This document shows, piece by piece, positions 50,543 to 56,484 of a stretch of 56,484 nucleotides of DNA. The notes beneath the pieces were generated by a model. It saw only the letters and a list, made by a program, of their open reading frames with translations, made no database searches and was not told the DNA's origin. The DNA lies in assembly GCA_903821355.1 (NCBI GenBank), contig CAIJKW010000039.1, forward strand, positions 1 through 56,484. Reading direction: 5' to 3'. Positions within the stretch are counted from its first letter, which is position 1. Every line of letters starts with the position of its first letter. A program made the translations under genes and the position numbers. Origin of the DNA: an uncultured bacterium (GTDB lineage Bacteria; Patescibacteriota; Minisyncoccia; Phycocordibacterales; CAIZLB01).

Positions 50543-51546
50543 AAATCTTAGTTACTGGTGGGGCGGGATTTATCGGCACAAATATCTGTTTAAAAGCACT
50601 TGAGAAAGGTCACAAAGTAATCGCTTTTGACTCATTGATTAGAAAGGGTGTTGAAGATAATATCCTAGACGATAAGAATTACACTCTAATTAGGGGGGAT
50701 GTCCGAAGCAAAGAAGATTTGAAAAGAATCGGAAAAATAGATGGCGTGTTTCACCTCGCCGCTAACCCTGGCATCCCGTGGTCTATCAATAATCCAATGT
50801 ATGATTTCGAAGTAAACGCTGGGGGGACTTTGAATCTTTTAGAATTAGCCAGAGAAAGAAAAGTCCCTTTAATCTACGCTTCGACTAACAAGGTTTATTC
50901 AGATAAGGTAAATACTATACCTTTAGTAGAAGGAAAAACGAGATATTCATACAAAGACACTAAGGGCATAAAAGAAACCTTTCCCCTTGATGCCCAAGGA
51001 AGATTTTCTCACTCTCCTTACGGGTGTTCCAAGTTAGCAGGAGATATTTACTGCCAAGAATACTTTCACACCTTTGGCGTTCAGACCGTTGTGAATAGAA
51101 TGTCCTGTATCTATGGTCAACATCAAATGGGTGTTTCCGACCAAGGTTGGGTTGCTTGGTTTATGATTGCCAAACTTTTAAATTTACCTCTTACTATTTA
51201 CGGAGATGGCAAACAAGTTAGAGATTGTCTCTACGGAGAAGATGTCGCTGAACTTTACTTAATGGAATTGGAGAACATAAAAACACACGCAGGTCAAGTG
51301 TACAACATTGGTGGTGGACCAGAGAATACAATAAGCGTCAATGAACTTATAAGTTGGATAGATGAGTATGGTGGAAAGATGAAAAAGACCTATACAAAGT
51401 GGCGACCAGCTGACCATAAAGTTTACATTTCTGACATAACAAAAATTTCTAAGTATTGGAAACCCAAAACTTCTTTAGAATTAGGATTAACCGAAACCTT
51501 TGATTGGGTTGAAGCAAACATAGACTCCATTGAAAGGACTCTATGA
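50539..51546 (+). CDS. NAD-dependent sugar epimerase (extended SDR; CDP-paratose 2-epimerase-like)
   Basis: 335 aa. KILVTGGAGFIGTN, SPYGCSKLAGDIY (YxxxK), and RMSCIYGQHQMGVSDQGWVAWF, which resembles the QGW.GWF segment of the paratose/tyvelose epimerases. Confidence 0.75.
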   Translation: MKILVTGGAGFIGTNICLKALEKGHKVIAFDSLIRKGVEDNILDDKNYTLIRGDVRSKEDLKRIGKIDGVFHLAANPGIPWSINNPMYDFEVNAGGTLNLLELARERKVPLIYASTNKVYSDKVNTIPLVEGKTRYSYKDTKGIKETFPLDAQGRFSHSPYGCSKLAGDIYCQEYFHTFGVQTVVNRMSCIYGQHQMGVSDQGWVAWFMIAKLLNLPLTIYGDGKQVRDCLYGEDVAELYLMELENIKTHAGQVYNIGGGPENTISVNELISWIDEYGGKMKKTYTKWRPADHKVYISDITKISKYWKPKTSLELGLTETFDWVEANIDSIERTL

Positions 51547-52154
51547 ACGCTGAATTAAATTCTTGGATTTGTCATAGCGAAGAAGAGAGAGAAAGGAAAG
51601 CCGAAAGAGAATTTTGTCGTTATCCTAAACTAATCGAAGAGATGGGTCTTTACTTAATCAGAACTGATAATAAGATAGTCCTAGATATCGGTTGTGGTCC
51701 AAGAGGGATTTTATCTTGTCTAGAGGCTAGACTTAAAATAGGCCTTGACCCTTTAATAGATGAGTATAAAAAGTATTATGATTTAACCTTTTTAGATGTC
51801 ACGAAAAAAGGCGTGGGCGAAAAGATTCCTTTTACTAATGATTCATTTGACCTTGTGACTTCTGTTAATAGTTTAGACCACTGTTCAAATCCTATTAAAG
51901 TCGTTAACGAGATTCGCAGAGTCTTAAAACCTTCAGGATATTTTGGGGTTCACTTCTGTTTAGACCTAGCTAAGAACAATCCTCACCCCTCTCACTCACT
52001 CAATATAAGTAAAAAGAAATTTCACGATATGATTGATTCAGATTTTGAGACAGTTCACGAAAAAGAAGTAAAGTATGGTTGGGTCAAGCATCAAGGCAAG
52101 GTCGGTGAACCAGCCCTCGCTGGATTATTTAGATTGACCACCAAAGGAGCGTAA
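51543..52154 (+). CDS. class I SAM-dependent methyltransferase
   Basis: 203 aa. VLDIGCGPRGIL ... FDLVTSVNSLDHCSNPIKVVNEIRRVLKPSGYF. Confidence 0.75.
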   Translation: MNAELNSWICHSEEERERKAEREFCRYPKLIEEMGLYLIRTDNKIVLDIGCGPRGILSCLEARLKIGLDPLIDEYKKYYDLTFLDVTKKGVGEKIPFTNDSFDLVTSVNSLDHCSNPIKVVNEIRRVLKPSGYFGVHFCLDLAKNNPHPSHSLNISKKKFHDMIDSDFETVHEKEVKYGWVKHQGKVGEPALAGLFRLTTKGA

Positions 52155-53092
52155 TGGAAAAAGTCGTAATTGCTGGTGGTGCGGGATACCTAGGTTCACA
52201 TTTAGCCGACAGGATTTGCGACCGATATGATGTTTATATTGTCGACAGCTTAGTTACGGGAAGATTAGAAAATATCAATCATTTACTAAGACTTAACCAA
52301 GTCAGATTTATACAAGATTCTATCGAGAATATTAACTACTTAAACTTAGGAAAAGTCGACAAGGTTTTTCACTTAGCCTCAATTGCTAGTCCAAAAGTCT
52401 ACCAAGAACTTCCCCTAGAAACAGCGATGGCAAACTCAGCGGGGACTTTAGCCGTTCTTAACTTTGCCAAAAATAATGGAGCAAAAGTTTTATATACTTC
52501 TACAAGTGAAGTTTATGGCGACCCCCAGGTAAATCCTCAACCAGAAACCTACTATGGTTCAGTTAATTGTCACGGAATCCGTGCTTGTTATGATGAGTCT
52601 AAAAGATTTGGTGAAACCCTTTGTTTTATTTTTAAAGATTATGTCGACGTTAAAATAGTTCGTTTGTTCAATTCTTACGGTCCAAGGATGAACCCAGAAG
52701 ATGGACGAGTCTTTACAACCTTTATTTCTCAAGCGTTACGGGGAGAGTCTCTAACCATATATCAGGGAGAACAAACCCGTTCTTTCTGTTATTCCTCAGA
52801 TACCATTGATGGAATTTTGAAAGTAATGGAATTTGGAGATTCAAATCCTTATAATATTGGTAACCCAGATGAAAGAAAAATAATAGAAGTTGCCGAACTT
52901 GTCATCAAATTAACGGGCTCAAAGAGCAGATTAAGAATTTGCCCCTTACCCAAAGATGACCCCAAGAAAAGATGTCCAGATATCTCTCGAGTCAAGGAGC
53001 TGGGGTGGAATCCTAAAATAGATTTAGAAGAAGGTTTAAGTTTAATGATTAAGAAAGTGAAGGAGGAGTTATGTTTGACAGGAAAGTTGTAA
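52154..53092 (+). CDS. UDP-glucuronate decarboxylase (UDP-xylose synthase)-like SDR
   Basis: 312 aa. VIAGGAGYLGSHLADRI. HLASIASPKVYQELPLETAMANSAGTLAVLNFAKNNGAKVLYTSTSEVYGDPQVNPQPETYYGSVNCHGIRACYDESKRFGETLC is colinear with the UXS signature HLASPASP..Y..NP..T...N..GT.N.LGLAKR.GA..L.ASTSEVYGDP..HPQ.E.YWG.VN..G.R.CYDEGKR.AE. Confidence 0.8.
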   Translation: MEKVVIAGGAGYLGSHLADRICDRYDVYIVDSLVTGRLENINHLLRLNQVRFIQDSIENINYLNLGKVDKVFHLASIASPKVYQELPLETAMANSAGTLAVLNFAKNNGAKVLYTSTSEVYGDPQVNPQPETYYGSVNCHGIRACYDESKRFGETLCFIFKDYVDVKIVRLFNSYGPRMNPEDGRVFTTFISQALRGESLTIYQGEQTRSFCYSSDTIDGILKVMEFGDSNPYNIGNPDERKIIEVAELVIKLTGSKSRLRICPLPKDDPKKRCPDISRVKELGWNPKIDLEEGLSLMIKKVKEELCLTGKL

Positions 53093-53877
53093 AAGTAAAG
53101 ACGGGTATCTATGGTTGTGGAATGGTAGGGGGAGCGATGAAGTATCTTTTCCCAGACTCTCTAGTTTATGACCTAGACCCAACAAGAGCAAATGCGACCA
53201 AGAAAGACCTGAACAAATGCGAAGTGGTTTTTATCTGCGTTCCCACTGATGGAACAGACGAAGGATACGATTATAATCCCCTTAGAGAAGCGATTGACTC
53301 ACTAGACTCCCCAATCATCGTTATTAAGTCTACGGTTCAACCAGGGACCACTCAGTGGCTCCAGAAGATGACTAAGAGCGACCTTGTGTTCAGCCCTGAA
53401 TTTTTAAGAGAAAAACATCGTTTTGAGGACATTGATAGGGAAACAAGAATTATTTTAGGAACAAATAGTAAATCTACTTTCGAACTTTTAAGAGATTTAT
53501 ATTTTGAATCTTATGACTCAGACAAAGTAGAAGTTCTACAAACAGAACCAATTATTGCCGAATTTGTTAAGTTGATAAATAATTCTTTCTTGGCGACTAA
53601 GGTTACTTTTTGTAACGAGGTTAAGAAAATAGTCAATAAACACGGGATAGACTATGAAGAAGTTCGTAAGTTATGGCTAACCGATAAACGAATCGGACGG
53701 AATCATACCATCGTTACAAAAGACGGTGGTTTTTCTGGTTATTGTTTGCCCAAAGATTTAAGGGCGATGATAAATACGGCTGAAAAATTAAGTTATGACG
53801 CTGAGTTTCTAAAGTCTGTCTGGGATGCAAACTGTGATTTTAGAAAAGAATACAAGGACAAAAAATATGTACGCTAG
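53071..53877 (+). CDS. UDP-glucose/GDP-mannose 6-dehydrogenase-like protein lacking the C-terminal domain
   Basis: 268 aa. GIYGCGMVGGAM (Rossmann), VFICVPT, IKSTVQPGTT, SPEFLREKH, AEFVKLINNSFLATKVTFCNE, and GGFSGYCLPKDL (catalytic Cys motif). It ends about 40 aa after the catalytic Cys. Confidence 0.7.
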   Translation: MFDRKVVKVKTGIYGCGMVGGAMKYLFPDSLVYDLDPTRANATKKDLNKCEVVFICVPTDGTDEGYDYNPLREAIDSLDSPIIVIKSTVQPGTTQWLQKMTKSDLVFSPEFLREKHRFEDIDRETRIILGTNSKSTFELLRDLYFESYDSDKVEVLQTEPIIAEFVKLINNSFLATKVTFCNEVKKIVNKHGIDYEEVRKLWLTDKRIGRNHTIVTKDGGFSGYCLPKDLRAMINTAEKLSYDAEFLKSVWDANCDFRKEYKDKKYVR

Positions 53878-54556
53878 TCTCTGTGTTCTTAGCTATGAAA
53901 GATTGCCTTACTTAAAGAGGATGATGGAATCATTATTAGAAATTAAGGCTGGGGTTGAATATGAACTAATCGTTCACGATGATGGAAGCGACCCAGAAGT
54001 AAAGGACTATCTCTATACCCTTCTAAAGGAAGGAAAAATTTCTTATTTAATCCTAAATGGTGGAAAAAATAGAGGAATTGGAGAAGCTGTTAGAAATTGT
54101 TTTAAGGTAGCTTCAGGAGATTATCTTTTTAAACTAGATACTGACTTAGAATTTAAGGAAGGTTGGCTCAAAACAGCGGTGGATATTTTAGACAAACCAG
54201 ATGTCGGATGTGTTTCACTTCTCAACTATAACAATTACAATCCAGAAGATGATAGATTCAAAACAAGAGAAGACAGGGGGGATTACTTAATAGTTAGTGA
54301 TTTTATCTCTTGTTTATATGGAGTAAGGCGAGCAATCTATGAAAAAAACAAGGATAGTCTTGATACCGACGGATGGCACAAAACTATTGATAATTATCCA
54401 TTTGAACCTTGGGATAAGGGAGAACAACTTGCTATCTCAAAAGAAGATATGATTACTAACTTTGGGTTTGGTCTTGGAAAAAGTATTTATGTTAAACAAA
54501 ATGAAAAAGGAGAGATTGTTACGACAGAAACACACAAAGAACCTTTGATTTTTTAG
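53867..54556 (+). CDS. glycosyltransferase family 2
   Basis: ATG 53867 is preferred. MYASLCVLSYERLPYLKRMMESLLEIKAGVEYELIVHDDGSDPEV...KLDTDLEF. Confidence 0.75.
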   Translation: MYASLCVLSYERLPYLKRMMESLLEIKAGVEYELIVHDDGSDPEVKDYLYTLLKEGKISYLILNGGKNRGIGEAVRNCFKVASGDYLFKLDTDLEFKEGWLKTAVDILDKPDVGCVSLLNYNNYNPEDDRFKTREDRGDYLIVSDFISCLYGVRRAIYEKNKDSLDTDGWHKTIDNYPFEPWDKGEQLAISKEDMITNFGFGLGKSIYVKQNEKGEIVTTETHKEPLIF

Positions 54557-54563
54557 GAGGAAT

Positions 54564-55268
54564 ATGAGAGGGATATTAGTCGCAGGTAAAAATACCAGAC
54601 CACATGGCAGGTATATTGAAAATAAATATTTTATTAGAATCTATGATAAGCCGTTAATAATGTATCCATTTTTAACTCTAGTTAATATGGGGATTAAAGA
54701 TATCTTAATAATCATAAGTTCTGATGGAGGGAGTATTATTAACTTACTCCAAGACGGTATCGAGTTTGGAGTTAATATAACTTACGCCTATCAAAAAGAC
54801 CCACTTGGAATCGCTCATGCTATTGGAAAAGCTGAAGATTTTGCTCAAGGAGACGATATAGTGGTCGTACTAGGGGATAGTATTTTTACTAAAGATATTG
54901 AGATAAAAGCCCCTCCACACCTTTATCTATCCCATTCGGACTGTCCCAAAGATTTCGGGGCAGTTTGTTTTTATGGTGAGAATATTATGAAAATAGAAGA
55001 AAGATGCGAAAATCCCAAAAGTAAATTCGTAACTACGGGGATATATATTTATCCCAATAATGTTTTTAAAGTAATCAAAAAGTTAAAAGTATCTAAAAGA
55101 AATAAATTAGAAATATCAGACATAAACAATCATTACTTACCAAAAATGGCGTACACAATTCTTGATGATGGGGTTTGGTTTGATACCAACGACCCAGAGC
55201 AAGTGTATAACGCCATTTTTAAGGCAAGGTTAAATCACCTAGAAATAAAAGCTATTTCCCAGCGATAG
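54564..55268 (+). CDS. sugar-1-phosphate nucleotidyltransferase (RmlA/GalU-like) with a degenerate G-x-G-T-R loop
   Basis: 234 aa. GILVAGKNTRPHG replaces the usual LAGGxGTRLxP. Also YDKPLIMYPFLTLVNMGIKDILII, QKDPLGIAHAIGKAEDF and VVVLGDSIF. Confidence 0.65.
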   Translation: MRGILVAGKNTRPHGRYIENKYFIRIYDKPLIMYPFLTLVNMGIKDILIIISSDGGSIINLLQDGIEFGVNITYAYQKDPLGIAHAIGKAEDFAQGDDIVVVLGDSIFTKDIEIKAPPHLYLSHSDCPKDFGAVCFYGENIMKIEERCENPKSKFVTTGIYIYPNNVFKVIKKLKVSKRNKLEISDINNHYLPKMAYTILDDGVWFDTNDPEQVYNAIFKARLNHLEIKAISQR

Positions 55269-55425
55269 CGAGACGAACAGCACCTAAGCCTAAAAAGCCG
55301 AGGATGATGTTTGCAGTTCCGATCCAACTAGCGTCAATGTATCCAAGGGATACAAGACCGTTGAGGATAACCGCAACAACTACAATGATATAAGTTTTGT
55401 AGTTTTTCAATAGAAGTTTTTTCAT
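55252..55425 (-). CDS. holin-like small membrane protein (57 aa, missing from the ORF track)
   Basis: ATG 55425..55423 overlaps the endolysin stop (TAATG). MKKLLLKNYKTYIIVVVAVILNGLVSLGYIDASWIGTANIILGFLGLGAVRLAIAGK has two TM helices. Its 3' end overlaps the convergent nucleotidyltransferase gene by 17 nt. Confidence 0.6.
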   Translation of the reverse strand: MKKLLLKNYKTYIIVVVAVILNGLVSLGYIDASWIGTANIILGFLGLGAVRLAIAGK

Positions 55426-56156
55426 TACTTCTCCTTTCTAAATAAATTAATAAACCATTCAAATATATGAACAATCAGTGCCTGTATTTTTTGTAACTCA
55501 GTCGGCGGTTCTATTGGTACTGGCTTTGGTGGGACTTCTTCTAAGTCTGGTTCTTCTACAACAGGTATTTCAACTGGTGGTATAACAATCGGTGGGATTG
55601 GGTCAGGTATTGGTGCTACTGGTGGAGCTGGGTGTAAAGGTCTGTTCTCTCTGAACCCGTAGTGCATCCAATGAGAAACTGGGTCAACCCCTGCTTGAGC
55701 AACATCTGGGTTAGCGGCTAGATAATCAGCTGAACTCCAACCTGATGGATAGTCTAAAGCCATATTGGGTCTAAACCAACCCACCACACCGTTGTAATCG
55801 TGTTCACACACTTTTGAAGGCTCTGTATTATAAGCAAGTCCTTGTGGCCAGTTCTGGTCTAAACTAACGAACGTATTCACATTCCCTGTAACACAAATAG
55901 CCACGTGTCCATAGGTCCAGGCGTTCCAAATAACTATATCCCCTCGTTGAGGGCAATTAGACGGGTCGTTGCCTATCTTATAACACCAATCTAAATCTAA
56001 GTTCCAAAAGTCTTTAGCTCCTACTACCCAAGGGACATTCCCTTGTAGGACTAATTGTATATATGAGTCGGCTAAATCGACACACTGAAATCCGTAGTAT
56101 CCATCCCAGTCCACCCCGTACCCGCCAACCTTATCAAACCATTCCTGGATCGTCAA
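55425..56156 (-). CDS. endolysin: N-terminal CHAP peptidase, Pro-rich linker, C-terminal hydrophobic/amphipathic helix
   Basis: 243 aa with a TTG start. YYGFQCVDLADSY (Cys) and GDIVIWN..YGHVAIC (His) indicate CHAP. The middle carries YLAANPDVAQAGVDPVSHWMHYGFRENRP. Then PAPPVAPIPDPIPPIVIPPVEIP, and the tail is LQKIQALIVHIFEWFINLF. Confidence 0.75.
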   Translation of the reverse strand: MTIQEWFDKVGGYGVDWDGYYGFQCVDLADSYIQLVLQGNVPWVVGAKDFWNLDLDWCYKIGNDPSNCPQRGDIVIWNAWTYGHVAICVTGNVNTFVSLDQNWPQGLAYNTEPSKVCEHDYNGVVGWFRPNMALDYPSGWSSADYLAANPDVAQAGVDPVSHWMHYGFRENRPLHPAPPVAPIPDPIPPIVIPPVEIPVVEEPDLEEVPPKPVPIEPPTELQKIQALIVHIFEWFINLFRKEK

Positions 56157-56157
56157 T

Positions 56158-56304
56158 TTACGCCTCCTTTATATTAAACATTACTCGGTCTTTCATTTCT
56201 TCTTGCTTCCCATCACTTGCCGCACTTGTTGGTTTATAATATCCAACAATTCTTTTATACACCTCACAAGGTGTTCTTAACTTTTCTAATTCTAATTGAG
56301 TCAT
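56158..56304 (-). CDS. hypothetical small protein (48 aa)
   Basis: ATGA overlap with the upstream ORF. MTQLELEKLRTPCEVYKRIVGYYKPTSAASDGKQEEMKDRVMFNIKEA. Confidence 0.4.
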   Translation of the reverse strand: MTQLELEKLRTPCEVYKRIVGYYKPTSAASDGKQEEMKDRVMFNIKEA

Positions 56305-56468
56305 CTGTAACCTATCCATTTCTCATAACAACCTTCGCAAAGTAAAGATTTCATTTCTTTTTCCTTGACGCAACTATCACAAAGTTCTATTGGTTCGTTA
56401 TGGTGAACCCCATCTCGTGTATAAAACTCTGTCGTGTCCTTGTCCTCTTTACACAGTGAGCAAATCAT
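56301..56468 (-). CDS. small Cys-rich (triple CxxC) protein (55 aa)
   Basis: RBS GAGGGG. MICSLCKEDKDTTEFYTRDGVHHNEPIELCDSCVKEKEMKSLLCEGCYEKWIGYR. Confidence 0.45.
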   Translation of the reverse strand: MICSLCKEDKDTTEFYTRDGVHHNEPIELCDSCVKEKEMKSLLCEGCYEKWIGYR

Positions 56469-56484
56469 AATAATCCCCTCTTAA

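Noticed and set aside
56158-56304. The 48-aa ORF resembles the C-terminal glycyl-radical segment of anaerobic ribonucleotide reductase NrdD (C..VY.R..GYY.P......GK..E...R), preceded by a Cys-rich ORF
   Set aside because: It is far too short to be an NrdD, the usual W-N before G-K is missing, and no NrdG activase or catalytic barrel is present. The likeness is noted as a curiosity only, and the ORF is kept as hypothetical.

Overview
The window looks like a near-complete, about 56.5 kb genome of a tailed, siphovirus-like dsDNA phage. No integrase and no tRNA or rRNA genes were seen. Strong AGGAGG-type ribosome-binding sites and ATGA or TGATG stop/start overlaps occur throughout.

Minus strand, about 32.2 kb down to 0.3 kb, is the late structural operon. 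In order it carries: a small Zn-ribbon protein; a 390-aa protein; a large terminase interrupted by a 339-aa LAGLIDADG intein; the portal; a glycosylation cluster; a 1769-aa Gly-rich plus Ser/Pro/Glu-repeat protein; scaffold; decoration protein; major capsid protein; head-tail joining proteins; major tail protein; G/GT chaperones with an A9 -1 frameshift site; tape measure; tail-tip proteins; and fibres.

Plus strand, 32.7-44.0 kb, is the early/replication region. It holds many small Zn-ribbon ORFs, a PD-(D/E)xK nuclease, an SSB-like protein, a replication organiser, a DNA methyltransferase cassette, and a visibly more GC-rich mosaic segment.

Plus strand, 44.2-55.3 kb, is a second, roughly 15-gene sugar-activation and glycan-tailoring operon behind a promoter and a structured leader.

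The right end, on the minus strand, is a lysis cassette with a CHAP endolysin and a small holin that is missing from the ORF track.

The main lead is two mucin-like Ser/Pro-repeat virion proteins alongside two glycosyltransferases carrying the three motifs of polypeptide GalNAc-transferases, and about 17 sugar-pathway genes in total. This suggests a phage-encoded mucin-type O-glycosylation system for virion fibres.

All functional calls come from motif recognition by eye. No database search and no numerical composition analysis was run.
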